A DNA stretch of 64,000 nucleotides, taken from IMG/VR virus record IMGVR_UViG_3300009094_000001, positions 1 to 64,000 of that record; one strand, written 5' to 3'. Shown in pieces: positions 30,401 through 38,626 of the stretch; position 1 is the stretch's first letter, and each line of letters opens with the position of its first letter. Origin of the DNA: a virus. The position numbers and the translations under genes are program-made. A model generated the notes under the pieces. The model had not been told where the DNA came from and made no database searches. It saw nothing but the letters and a program-made list of their open reading frames with translations.

Positions 30401-30512
30401 CCGGCTTTGCGGGGACTGCTGACGCCGCCGGAGTAGCCGACTCCGTCACCTGAGTAAAGGGCAGGCTAGGATTAAACTGGGGCGGCAGCGCCGGCAATGG
30501 ATAGTCGGCCAT
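24444..30512 (-). CDS. Large polyvalent internal-virion/ejection protein (2022 aa)
   Basis: N-terminal FNPxQPF repeats, Gly/Ala-rich membrane-like region, WHESGH metallopeptidase motif, FLP-delimited modules and a C-terminal WY...ATSPQ...N...TIDIW domain. Confidence 0.8.
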   Translation of the reverse strand: MADYPLPALPPQFNPSLPFTQVTESATPAASAVPAKPAFNPDQPFEVIPDATTSSGTPRAAFNANQPFTKLFSTEDIATKTPEELAADKEFNPTDFFASNPNIASNPESLRKLLAAYRSRRAEGIQVGETLKAAAKSAIPTVGKFAQGAYQTASNLFVLTGLQDLANTILGSFESPQVKRELQTEGLRQSTEAQAKALAATETSATGIADLARAGARKIFGKSVEEQTDQELLQELSTDAAFQTKLRETTEGRGELLRGVGLDADELAKEGITLDPSAIENMSLVDPLTLVATGGVGKLGFNLIGKGGKVLATVPSVQAGIKLADKLGTAIKPVLESLPSARAVVGKPIEVAGRAVSLAGKTAPTTGAVVGTVKGGPFGTIAGIYAGERLAPKLARAGEAIQNFGQQVSGKAPLSPALASIVEGTRLAAPLFTSPLKGAAIGAGVSLPLAAAAEGSEQAGAILGGGLGLGAVGGGVHGVARVGGELAAKTFFDPHSTKFEPVNSPDYGVDATLDAAHKANLVKRSVNEQGDVTTAREIFRPLGGEIYSVDKTTFANQIIGQLTEQLGRTPTADELAGIQGKIDAQGYFDFERPDGRKVVLLNADSNALWHESGHLTYALLPDQTKNALAESVRANYAPDQLAQLKAQYESRLGSPISEAKFIDELIAENFNAVFNNVPVSQLKAPAGFLRSVGSVLAQVGEVLGADVTQGRTSPDLNVPLTQKLRAQFEGAARELLANAPESQPAAPTPPAAAPAAPTPPSAAPAPPARNIRVTKAQQDALAQRAAETGVTEAKALAAKDADPTVTERVNAISAQMEAGNPVLEIEHLGIADTGTPAAPTGRTPRRGAQAAGYAELERLRVENRANAPADIVNLHQKTFVPVRWTEQGGTPTLIAMSSDKVISNLHQIAKLASEKKAESLLPYEVVNGKLTDAAWRKALADVQAYTENQANGFRGDGQRLTRPTEGELSIPAENKDYVPTQLTPEVANFANLVQGLATPETAREIRGKTPGNVKGQILAELNKRELLTPSVIKPRNVGKQAFKSFPGRSLKEVNPLRNELSARGVSVRELLDVTERIRAKDIASVKPRTDLNFKAPVTDVIRGGFLPNEQSIQQIGDDLRNLDVPGFQAKIKEWGKSLTLKAYEIGENVKSLADIETLRELAREQRATFKEDIAKGDIDAAGASSIKAQFFQEAIEAATGEGGKTGMIRKYVNPDYKPPFPSEGVEFLPRRKAEPVEELPRYLETPEQGRISAMSADFIRTKGTTPQFWLNAETGKVLLAPEGHVEAARDLGGVPSGSDAAQIYDQMESSGWIRGVNDTLNKVYLNGTAELSRIARQTAEDIAFRANKSVTYDGEVIIEKPNIPGQEPEFLPRKPKRDLEKVDFSKYNVEPKKTETKLTGWVLPNKEFVPLSQSYHEQYLAENSTNLNKKFGTKFSDSPDVEERLAALNAGFSRIRYESGTGEAHVEVNAKHWGKQRKAILDQLLDQEDSIDRLSVSLLNDKGQVVDSFRTSLFDVEGAERAGKISEGVESLRGAFLPVAEMTPKEQKAFIKEVQDNAEIKFPEAKIPQFVYNDDGSPKVVYGGQLGRQLEVYNFADTQLAKQASKGKEGKAATEAAATALGDKLAEYYNSIKDIPEISSGVTWYSLARKKLVELFGDDSKLFAELLGATSPQTDVKQNFKYALDAYNQFKAGAFDDILKKYREGKQKWATGDIQEYLDDTGKKLTGPKVKQATRGHFLNWWIEKNELTPYRSEKNPEGKPLRYGMHSKPLLRVLDGSWLEEVVGPKTPNFMGNLTGDTFEATIDIWAARALHRMGAEQPGKRWRILPESETGVTDADFEFGQKAFRHAAEKVGIQPDALQAILWFAEKDHWQKQGWLKGENVAAAEKSDFNTFFAKTEKVGPGKFQLKEEPKIQKKKVAVAPKTGEIAGVKKLTQFLPGEIQPRARVRVERPSRIGPTTRGYWATEFIGGTKPAIFDTRAEAQSFIESEGFTDARIVPADSPGNQRITFKQETSYVPEKGN

Positions 30513-30515
30513 AGA

Positions 30516-31094
30516 TTATCGAGCGCCCTTACTAAGATTCTCCGCTGCAAACAGCGGTTGAAAATTGGAAAAGTGAAAGCACTCACGCTGCTGTTCTGGG
30601 TCAGTCAAGTCAAACTTGGCGCAAGGTTTTATGTGGTCGAGGTGCCAGACCGGCCCGTGGTTTTCCCATGACATGCCGGGACGAAATTGCTTTTCAATAT
30701 GCTGCCGGAATTCAGGCAGCGGGCAACCGAGAAGTTTTTTCGCCGAGCAGGCGCGGCTGTCCCGGTTTACCAGTTGTGAGAGTCGTTTTCGGAGGCGAAG
30801 CATCAGCTTATATTCGGGGTCGGTTCTCCGGCGGTTAAGGAAATACAACCGGATTTTTTCCCGATTTTCCTTCCGGTAACGTGTGGCATACTCCTCCCGC
30901 TTCTCTGAATTGTTTGCCACGTATCTACGAGTCTGCTCAAGTAATTTTTCCCGATTGTTCAGATACCGAACGCGGTCCTTTTCCTTTTTGCACGCCCGAC
31001 AATACCCAACAAAATGCCCTGAATATGGGCCAGACAACCGACGGCTTGAATTCTCGTCGGTCTGAACCTCTTTGCAGTATGGACAAGTCTGCAT
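30516..31094 (-). CDS. HNH endonuclease
   Basis: CPYC/CRAC N-terminus; GMSWENHG..WHLDHIKPC..FDL...NFQPL..EN.SKG. Confidence 0.85.
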   Translation of the reverse strand: MQTCPYCKEVQTDENSSRRLSGPYSGHFVGYCRACKKEKDRVRYLNNREKLLEQTRRYVANNSEKREEYATRYRKENREKIRLYFLNRRRTDPEYKLMLRLRKRLSQLVNRDSRACSAKKLLGCPLPEFRQHIEKQFRPGMSWENHGPVWHLDHIKPCAKFDLTDPEQQRECFHFSNFQPLFAAENLSKGAR

Positions 31095-31098
31095 AGAA

Positions 31099-32511
31099 TT
31101 ATTCCGGGACGTATCGATTTCCATCCCAACGATACGTGGTTCCATTTTGCACTACCCGCTGCGTTCCTGCCGAGGGTGGTGCCACAGAGCCAGTCGCGGG
31201 TTGATTAGAAGAAGACGGACCCGCCTTCCTTGTTCTACTGTTCGCGCGGTTAATAAGGTCTACGTCCTGCTGAGGGACAATCGAGCCCACCGGGGCCCCT
31301 AACCGACTCTCGGTTTCAACAAACTGTTCGATGGTAGGGATTGCAGATTGAACCTGTCCGAGGTAAACCTCTTCCGACGCCTCCGCCAATTTAATGCGTT
31401 GTTCGGGGGTTAGCCTCAATCCCTTGACGACTTTGTTCCAATAATTACGAATTGTTTCTGGGACGCCCCTCGCGTTTTCAGAAGTAGCATACTCCCCCTC
31501 ACGAACTGTAGACCCGGGGTCCAAAATCTTGAGCCAGCTAAAAATTGCTGCTTGGTCGTTTTGTGGCGTGCTTGGCTTATTCGGGTCTAGCACGTTTGAT
31601 AATTTGAAAAACGCAGACTGAACTTTTCGTAAATCTTGGATTTCTTGTTTTGTGCCGTATGCAGAATTCGTTACGCGAACCTCAGACTCTAGTTTCGCTC
31701 CGGCCTCGCCAGCTTGTTTCGCCTGCGCTTCAATCACGCCGGGAATCGCCTTGATGCGCGCCGCCTCGATAGCCTGATTACGCGCCAAGTCAGTTACGTC
31801 CTGTTTCAGCCGGTTAAAATATTCCGGCGTGCCTTTGAAAATCGTCAACGGCCGGGACTTGACCTCGTTCACGTATCGCTGATACGCCGCCTGCACCTCG
31901 GGGCGGTTCAGGTTGTCAGCCGCGTTAGTGCCGGCAGGATGTTGACCGCCTTGATTAAGAAACCATTCATCAATCGGAGCAGGAGTATTCGTAGCCGCCT
32001 CCGGGTCGGTGACGGTGAGGCGCTCCGGCGGAGGGGCTCCGTTTGCGGCTGTCCACGCGTCGAGGATTTGGTCAGTCGTGAGCTGCGCGACGGTTCGCAA
32101 TCGCGTGTCAACATCCGGGCTGGCGAGTCCTGTAGTGATTTCAGCAGCTTTTGCACGCTGCAAATCGGAGGCTGCTGATTCCGCTTCGGTAGGAAGCGCA
32201 CGGATGGCAGCTTCGGTCTGTCCAACAGCGAGGGCTTGTCGTCGAGGTTGAATATTGATTTCATTTTCGAGTGCTCCGGTCTGTGCTCGCCGCGCGAGTG
32301 GGCGGATATTGCGGAGGTCTTCGAGATTCTGTTTTTGCGCTTCTGCCTCGACGGGCAAGGAAAGACCTCGACGAGTGAAGTCGTCCACCGTCAAGAAACC
32401 TTGACGGAATGCCTGCATCAAATCGCCAACAGCCGGCGTGATGTTGCCCTCGCCGATTGCTGCGATGTTTTGGGTATTTAACCCGCCCGCTCTGTCGGAT
32501 GCTAAAGCCAT
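31099..32511 (-). CDS. Internal virion/DNA ejection protein
   Basis: Helical; KILDPGSTVREGEY motif seen in phage injection proteins; position in the operon. Confidence 0.65.
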   Translation of the reverse strand: MALASDRAGGLNTQNIAAIGEGNITPAVGDLMQAFRQGFLTVDDFTRRGLSLPVEAEAQKQNLEDLRNIRPLARRAQTGALENEINIQPRRQALAVGQTEAAIRALPTEAESAASDLQRAKAAEITTGLASPDVDTRLRTVAQLTTDQILDAWTAANGAPPPERLTVTDPEAATNTPAPIDEWFLNQGGQHPAGTNAADNLNRPEVQAAYQRYVNEVKSRPLTIFKGTPEYFNRLKQDVTDLARNQAIEAARIKAIPGVIEAQAKQAGEAGAKLESEVRVTNSAYGTKQEIQDLRKVQSAFFKLSNVLDPNKPSTPQNDQAAIFSWLKILDPGSTVREGEYATSENARGVPETIRNYWNKVVKGLRLTPEQRIKLAEASEEVYLGQVQSAIPTIEQFVETESRLGAPVGSIVPQQDVDLINRANSRTRKAGPSSSNQPATGSVAPPSAGTQRVVQNGTTYRWDGNRYVPE

Positions 32512-32514
32512 ATA

Positions 32515-33591
32515 TTAATATCGAACCCCGTATTGAGAATACTGCGGGTTCTGCAAAATGCTTTGCGAAAGTCGAGTGTAGTCGATGAGCGGTTGCTGCC
32601 CGAGTTGGTATCCTGCCTGCATTCCGCCGGCCCCGCCAACTGCGCCAACTGTTCCGCCGCCTGCTCCGACGCTGCCGACAGCGGGAGTCGCCATCGAACC
32701 GATTCCAGCCGTCGCAAGCCCCGTGCCCGCGCCGATGAGGCTAGCCGTAAATTGTCCCTGCGCCGCCGCTTGTCCGGCCGCAACTTGCCCGCGTTGGCCG
32801 AGCAGGTTCGCCTTGCCCTTGGTGCGCGCGATTTCGATATCGGTTGCCTGCAACCCGGAGAGCCCGCTCTCAGGCAGCAAAGCCTCGGAAAGCTGTAACC
32901 CCGCGCCGGCACGCTGAATTTCCGCCGCTTCTTTTGCAGCGACGGATGGGAAAATGTTGGCCAGCAAAGTCTGCCGGCTACGCGCGAGCGCGTCCGCCGT
33001 GCTGGCGAGTGCCGCGCCTTCCTGCGCACGTTGCGACTTGAGGGCGAGACCCGCTCCGCCGAGAAGTCGTGCGGTCGTTCCGCCGATTGCGCGCTCCCCC
33101 GTGCCGATGCCCGCCTGAGCGCCGGTGGTAAGACCAGAGCGAACAAGCTCCGCCTGAAATTCGGGAGGCAGTGACGCGCCTGCGTCGAAATCTTCTTGGG
33201 CCCGCTGGATGATAGAACTCTTGAGCCTCTCCATCCGTTCATCCGGCGCGATGCTTTCCTTGAAAAGCTGATTCGCGACTTGACTGGTCTGCCGGGATTC
33301 CACCGGCTGCCGCGCGAGCTTGAGCAATTGCTCCTTGCTGTATTGACGCAAGTCTGCAATCTCCGGGTCGATTTCCTTTTGGAGGTCGAGACGATTGCGA
33401 GCGCGTTCCTCGTCGAATTGAATCGCGAGGCGATTGAGAGCGCCGGGGTCCAGCTTCCGGCGCAACAGCTCCTCTTGCCTGCCGATAGCTTTCTTTTGAG
33501 CCGACGCGGCTTTGTCGGATGCACGTTTTTGCGCGTATGCGGCACCCGCCGCACCCACTGCAATGACCGCTGCTGTCGTTATGACCGCCAA
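32515..33591 (-). CDS. Internal virion/pilot protein
   Basis: Hydrophobic Ala/Gly N-terminus followed by AQKRASDKAASAQ; Gln/Ala-rich. Confidence 0.65.
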   Translation of the reverse strand: MAVITTAAVIAVGAAGAAYAQKRASDKAASAQKKAIGRQEELLRRKLDPGALNRLAIQFDEERARNRLDLQKEIDPEIADLRQYSKEQLLKLARQPVESRQTSQVANQLFKESIAPDERMERLKSSIIQRAQEDFDAGASLPPEFQAELVRSGLTTGAQAGIGTGERAIGGTTARLLGGAGLALKSQRAQEGAALASTADALARSRQTLLANIFPSVAAKEAAEIQRAGAGLQLSEALLPESGLSGLQATDIEIARTKGKANLLGQRGQVAAGQAAAQGQFTASLIGAGTGLATAGIGSMATPAVGSVGAGGGTVGAVGGAGGMQAGYQLGQQPLIDYTRLSQSILQNPQYSQYGVRY

Positions 33592-33606
33592 GGTATACCT
33601 CCCATA

Positions 33607-34062
33607 TTAAATTTCTTTACCAAAAGTTTTCTCTACCGGTCGGTAGCCACGTCGCAGGTAAATTCCGTCCAGCAATTCTATCTGCGGAGTTTCCAGCCTC
33701 GCCATAAGAATTTTCTTACAGCCCCGCAACGCTGCCTCCGCCTCAAACGCATCGAAAAGTTTCCCAGCTAACTTCGCGCCGCGATACTCCGGCAGCACAT
33801 ACCAAAAGGACTCGCTCGCGGTCAGTAGCCCCGAGAAGCAGTCGGGAACGAACGCGCAACCCAAAATCGCAACCGCCCGGTTCTCGTGGTAAATCACGAA
33901 CAGCGCGCCGATTTCCGTATCGAGCAAAGGGCCCCAATACTTGTCGAACGCTTCGTAGTTGAACCCGCCGGGGTGGTTCACCTCTTTGGCGAACGCGTGC
34001 CCAATCTCTTCAACGTCCCGGAGATTAACGCGAGTAATTTTTTCGATGGGGTCTAGGTGCAT
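33607..34062 (-). CDS. GNAT family acetyltransferase
   Basis: FWYVLPEYRG...L...E...RG and YLRRGYRPVE. Confidence 0.85.
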   Translation of the reverse strand: MHLDPIEKITRVNLRDVEEIGHAFAKEVNHPGGFNYEAFDKYWGPLLDTEIGALFVIYHENRAVAILGCAFVPDCFSGLLTASESFWYVLPEYRGAKLAGKLFDAFEAEAALRGCKKILMARLETPQIELLDGIYLRRGYRPVEKTFGKEI

Positions 34063-34649
34063 GGGGTAAAAAAGGAGCAGAACACGAGCCGCCCGTTTTC
34101 AGGAGTCGTCCCGAAAGCCTTGAACGGAAATCTTGAGTGGAACGCGGCGGTTGGATAAGTGATGGCTCTGTTATACCGCATCTCAGCGAGATGCGTTTGC
34201 TCCCACGCCGAAACATCGTCCCAGTCTTTTGTCAGGCCCTCCCAAACTCGCTTCGGGTTCTTCCCCCGCCGAAGGATTTCTTCCTTGGTCGGCCAAGCAG
34301 TGAAACCCGTCTTGCGGTGACGCCAGAAGGCCGTTCCGCCGGAGCAGTCCTCCGGCTTGCTGAGATACAGCACCAGCGCGCACTTGTCGTATTGAGCATC
34401 GGAGTGAATCGCGCTGTTGGGGCTCTCGTCGCCGAAATTCAGGCGAAAGACTGAGTATCTCTGTTCGATTGGGGCCCCCACCCACTCTTCGATTTCGGAT
34501 TTGAAAAGATATCGGGCGGCGACGGCGACGCGCTTATATAACTGCCCGTCCGGCCCCGTGATGTCCTGAAAAGGCATGTCCGGCATTAGGGCTCGAATCG
34601 CCCCCGGGTCTCGGAGGAAATCATCTTTCACAATGTAGGGCGGCGTCAT
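34053..34649 (-). CDS. 2OG-Fe(II) oxygenase (DUF6445-like)
   Basis: VKDDFL..P, IHSD, LYLS..GGTAFW, YNR, FHS and GRL. Confidence 0.8.
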   Translation of the reverse strand: MTPPYIVKDDFLRDPGAIRALMPDMPFQDITGPDGQLYKRVAVAARYLFKSEIEEWVGAPIEQRYSVFRLNFGDESPNSAIHSDAQYDKCALVLYLSKPEDCSGGTAFWRHRKTGFTAWPTKEEILRRGKNPKRVWEGLTKDWDDVSAWEQTHLAEMRYNRAITYPTAAFHSRFPFKAFGTTPENGRLVFCSFFTPCT

Positions 34650-34654
34650 CTAGT

Positions 34655-34684
34655 AAAGGTCCCCGAAACAGGAACCAAGTCAAG
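34655..34684 (-). promoter_or_regulatory. Phage promoter motif copy 4
   Basis: Minus strand CTTGAC ttggttcctgtttcgg GGACCTTT, 5 nt before the ATG. Confidence 0.8.
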
Positions 34685-34687
34685 CCG

Positions 34688-35767
34688 TTACAGCTTATAA
34701 AGGGTCCAGAGCCAGAGCGATTGGGGCTCGTTGTCGTGAGGCTGAGCAGCAGTAGTATACGCCTCGGCGTCCGCCTTATCGTATTGCTTTGCCGTAATCA
34801 GCGTAGCGCCCGTGGTTCCATTGCCTGCGGTGCCCGCTACTGGGTCGCCCGCGATGTCTTGGCCGATTCCCTGCTGGGGGTTCGACCGAAAGTGATTCGG
34901 CGGAACCGGTGTGGGAATCTCCATGTCGTCCCCGTCGTCGATTCGGTGAATCCGAAAACGCTGGTCCGGCGCGTTGGCGAACATGTGCCCGATTTCGTGC
35001 GTGTGCTGCTCAACCTGCCGCGAGTTCAGCGTGACGTTTTGCGAACCCGACTGCTCGCCGGCAGCCTTGCCGGAGATGCCGGACTGCGTGGATAACGCCG
35101 AGACCGGGCTGGTGCCGGGGTCCTTGGACGCCATGCCGAGAAATCGGCCGCGCTGCGATTCGTCGTCTCGCCCGAGCACGTCCCAGCCCGGGTTGTGCCG
35201 GAGTGCCTCCGTCAAAATAGTGTGCGTGACGTGCTTCACGTCGCCGGGTGAACCTGCAACCGTGCGCCAAGTGCCGCGCTCCCAGCGAATCAGCACGTTG
35301 ATATCCGTGTCGAAATAATTTTCGAGGTCAACGGGTTCGGTGGGGCGGTTCGCCGTCGGGCCGGAGTGCGTGATGTTTGCGGACGCCTGCCACTCGGCCC
35401 CGTCCCACGCATATAGACCGACAATTCGGTTTTGCGAGGTTCGGAGCCAGACGAGCGGGTCGTCCGGTCCCGGCGTGCCGGGATTCGCATCTTGGGCAAA
35501 GAACAACGGAAGCTGCGACGCGGAAATGTCCTGCGGAATGTAGCGCCCTGCGGACGCACTAAATACCCACCACTGCGTTCCGTTTTTCAACCACGGGCCA
35601 ACATTAGAAGAGGGCTCCACTTCGCCGATGACAAAGAAGTTGGTTCCGACGGGACTCAGGATTGCCAATCGGCGCACCATCTCCTCGAAAAATTCTTGGA
35701 CAGTTCCTTGGAAATCTTGGGGGAGCGGGGCAGCTCGTAAAACCAAATTCGTGCGGTTCAGGGACAT
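34688..35767 (-). CDS. Tail fibre/baseplate-like protein
   Basis: GPTANRP, YFDTD, GRFL-G, HTH and C-terminal PHDN.PQ (collar-like) motifs. Confidence 0.65.
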   Translation of the reverse strand: MSLNRTNLVLRAAPLPQDFQGTVQEFFEEMVRRLAILSPVGTNFFVIGEVEPSSNVGPWLKNGTQWWVFSASAGRYIPQDISASQLPLFFAQDANPGTPGPDDPLVWLRTSQNRIVGLYAWDGAEWQASANITHSGPTANRPTEPVDLENYFDTDINVLIRWERGTWRTVAGSPGDVKHVTHTILTEALRHNPGWDVLGRDDESQRGRFLGMASKDPGTSPVSALSTQSGISGKAAGEQSGSQNVTLNSRQVEQHTHEIGHMFANAPDQRFRIHRIDDGDDMEIPTPVPPNHFRSNPQQGIGQDIAGDPVAGTAGNGTTGATLITAKQYDKADAEAYTTAAQPHDNEPQSLWLWTLYKL

Positions 35768-36231
35768 ACTAGATTTACTTTCTCTGCAATGCGCTTATCT
35801 GCATTGCGGTTTTTTGTTCGGACTCTGTGACAATTAGAGCAAACCAACTGGCACTTATCAATTTCTTGGCGTAGCTCCTCCAATGGTCGGCAAGTCGCCT
35901 GACCGATGGTAAATTTCTTATCCCTTAGGTGGTCGAAATCCATGCACTCGGGGGGAAACATTCCGCCGCAATCATAGCAAGGACGTTCGGCTTTAATGAA
36001 ATGAATCAGTCGATAAAACCGCTCTTCTCGCCGGTTTATTCCCGCCAGATATTTTTCTCGGTTGTCTTGATTCCATTTTGAGGTTCTCTTACACTGACAC
36101 TTTCGGCAAGTGGAAGATAATTTCCCCCGCATGGATTTCTTGGCCGAGCTTACAGGATACCGATAAGTATTCTCGTCGGTTTTCGTCACGCCGCATTTTG
36201 TGCAGTTCGGATTGATTGGATTTACATTCAT
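35758..36231 (-). CDS. HNH endonuclease
   Basis: PCYDCG...MDFDH...EIDKCQLVCSNCHRVRT. Confidence 0.88.
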   Translation of the reverse strand: MNVNPINPNCTKCGVTKTDENTYRYPVSSAKKSMRGKLSSTCRKCQCKRTSKWNQDNREKYLAGINRREERFYRLIHFIKAERPCYDCGGMFPPECMDFDHLRDKKFTIGQATCRPLEELRQEIDKCQLVCSNCHRVRTKNRNADKRIAEKVNLVCP

Positions 36232-36635
36232 GGTATTGTAACGGGCCCGATTAGGGGAGAAGGAAACGTTTCTCCGTAGTCCGGCTCTAAACCTGTTACT
36301 TTAAACCAATATTCGCCCGGTGTCAAGGAAGAAAAAACATCAAAGTGCGGGTCAACCAAGTTCGCCGTCAGTAACGAAAACGGTCCGCCCTCTGCCGTTG
36401 CGTAATACACCACGAACGCGTCGATATACGAGCGCGTGCTCCACGACAGGAAATTCCCGTCCATGAAAATCGTCTCCGGGCCGGCGAGTCGGTTCGTCTG
36501 CTCAACCTCCAGCGTGGCGGAAATTGCGCCGCCCGAGCCGGAACTCGACGCGAACATCTCGCACACCAGCGGCGAGAAGTAGTTAATCGACAACGCGCGA
36601 CGAGTGACGCCGACGAAACTAGCAAATTCTCTCAC
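36228..36635 (-). CDS. Virion protein with Fn3-like domain
   Basis: LSW...FVVY...LTPGEYWFKVTG. Confidence 0.55.
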   Translation of the reverse strand: MREFASFVGVTRRALSINYFSPLVCEMFASSSGSGGAISATLEVEQTNRLAGPETIFMDGNFLSWSTRSYIDAFVVYYATAEGGPFSLLTANLVDPHFDVFSSLTPGEYWFKVTGLEPDYGETFPSPLIGPVTIP

Positions 36636-38626
36636 AGCGCTCCCTCCGGCAGGCTGACGATAGCCGGCAGCTCTTCCTCAAGCCGTTTCGCGGCTTTCCT
36701 CGTCGCGATGCGCATCGCAACCTTGTCAGCGGTTGCTTGCGAAATCGTGCTCTCGGCTTCCCCGATGCCGGTCTCGATAAATCCGTCCTGCGTCAGCGTG
36801 ACGGATTGGTTCGACCGGAAAATTTCAATCTCAGCAGCAAGACGGTCGGCGGCTTCGAGAAACTCCAACGAGGAATCCCCCGCGCCGTCGAATCGAACGA
36901 GCTTTTGTTCAGCTTCGTCTTCCTCGCACGCACCGCCGAGCTTTTCTCCCTCTACCGGGTCGGTATAAGTCAGCACTGCGTTCACCGCGCCGGGGCCGGA
37001 GACCACAATCAAAAGCTGGAAGGACTCGTCCATGAATTCGGCCTTGGCATCCTCCACCCCGCAGGAAGTCAGCGTCTCGTTCGTCCAGATTTCTTTCGCG
37101 TCTTGGGTCTTCAACTCTCGCGATTGCTTTTTCAACGCGTAGAGAATGTCGTCAGCCGTAATCACGTCGAGTGCGCGCAACATCCCCGCCGTCGCATTGA
37201 TTCGCTTGGTGAGGATGCGCTTGTAGCGACCCCGCTGCCCACCTGCCCAGAACACAGCAACGTCGATGGTGCCGAGCAGCTCGCTCATGAAAACCTTGGC
37301 GAAACGAAACTGCTTTTTGACGGTAGGGTCCTGATTAAAGTAAGCCCGGGTTTCGAGATACCACGTAATGTGGCACCCGTCATCGAGGCGGTCGGGAGTG
37401 AACTCCTCCCACAGACGAACCAGCCCGTCGTAATCTTGAGAAAATGCAAAGACCGCGTTGGTGTCGTTCACCTGACCAACCAGCCAAGTAATCGGCCTCG
37501 TGCCCGTCCAAAAGCTGTTCCAAGCCGGCGGAGCCATCGCATTCAGGGTTTGATACGCCCCGGTATCCATCACCCACGTATGCCGGTTGTAAATATCCGA
37601 GTGCGGAACGCTGACGAGAAGGTAGTTTTCCACAGACGCTATAGCGACGCCGCCGAGGTCTTCGGAGAGCTGGCCCTTGCTGTCATTCATGTCGGAATCA
37701 CGATACGGAAGGGATGCGGTGATGAAATTAAGCCCGGCTGCGTCGAACGAAACGAGCCCAAACTCAGACCACCACCACAACATCCCGTAATGCGCCTGCA
37801 CGGACCGATTCGAGGTGCATCCGATGCTGGAAAGAACGACTTGCTGAAAATCCCGGGTCGTCGGCCACTGGGCACGGTCACGAATTGAGGCGAGAAAAAG
37901 AGAGGTGGTGTGGTCGGTGTAGACCAGTAATTGCGGCGACGTGGGGTTCGTCGTTTTATGTAACGCCGTGATGGGTCCCGGGAGCGTGAACGCACGCACG
38001 GTCGCGAAATAAATGTCTTCGGTGAAGGAGACTGGGTTCGCAATGTCGGAAGCGAAAAGGAAAATATCCCGCCCGACCCACAGCCGGTCTCCAACCCATT
38101 CCATCGGCCCGCCGAGAGGAATCGCCCCTGCGCCGCGTTGGTGCTCCGCAGTCGTGCCGTCGAAAACGGCGGGAGGAGTAAACCCCCCGTCCTGAATCAC
38201 CATCAGCTCGCGGGCGTCAATCAGAGTCAACGAGCCGTCGGGATTACGCTCAACCGATTGCTGAACCTGCTTGAAAAAGACTTCCCTAGCACTCGGCAGA
38301 AACGAGACGCCCGGGATTTGTCGGTAGCTGGTAAACGGAGATTCGGAGATGTAAATCAACCCCTCAACCGCAAACAAAATTACGCGGGTCCCCTGACGGG
38401 GGACGAACCACTCGCTGCCCTGAAAATTTCCCGGCGGGCAAACAAACTTGCACCGACGCCCGGGCCGGCACTGCACGATGCCGCCGCGATTCACCGTGTT
38501 CATGGAGCGCGCGTATTGCCCGGGCTGTAATTGCGACGGGTGCGCGTTGCTGTTCATCCCGGGCAGGAAAGAAGTATCCCCGTCGGCGCGGCGGAATGGA
38601 ACTTGGTTGAGCTGTGGAGAACTCAC
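36632..38626 (-). CDS. Tail tubular/nozzle (stabilisation) protein
   Basis: 664 aa, beta-propeller-like repeats, typical podovirus position. Confidence 0.65.
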   Translation of the reverse strand: MSSPQLNQVPFRRADGDTSFLPGMNSNAHPSQLQPGQYARSMNTVNRGGIVQCRPGRRCKFVCPPGNFQGSEWFVPRQGTRVILFAVEGLIYISESPFTSYRQIPGVSFLPSAREVFFKQVQQSVERNPDGSLTLIDARELMVIQDGGFTPPAVFDGTTAEHQRGAGAIPLGGPMEWVGDRLWVGRDIFLFASDIANPVSFTEDIYFATVRAFTLPGPITALHKTTNPTSPQLLVYTDHTTSLFLASIRDRAQWPTTRDFQQVVLSSIGCTSNRSVQAHYGMLWWWSEFGLVSFDAAGLNFITASLPYRDSDMNDSKGQLSEDLGGVAIASVENYLLVSVPHSDIYNRHTWVMDTGAYQTLNAMAPPAWNSFWTGTRPITWLVGQVNDTNAVFAFSQDYDGLVRLWEEFTPDRLDDGCHITWYLETRAYFNQDPTVKKQFRFAKVFMSELLGTIDVAVFWAGGQRGRYKRILTKRINATAGMLRALDVITADDILYALKKQSRELKTQDAKEIWTNETLTSCGVEDAKAEFMDESFQLLIVVSGPGAVNAVLTYTDPVEGEKLGGACEEDEAEQKLVRFDGAGDSSLEFLEAADRLAAEIEIFRSNQSVTLTQDGFIETGIGEAESTISQATADKVAMRIATRKAAKRLEEELPAIVSLPEGAL

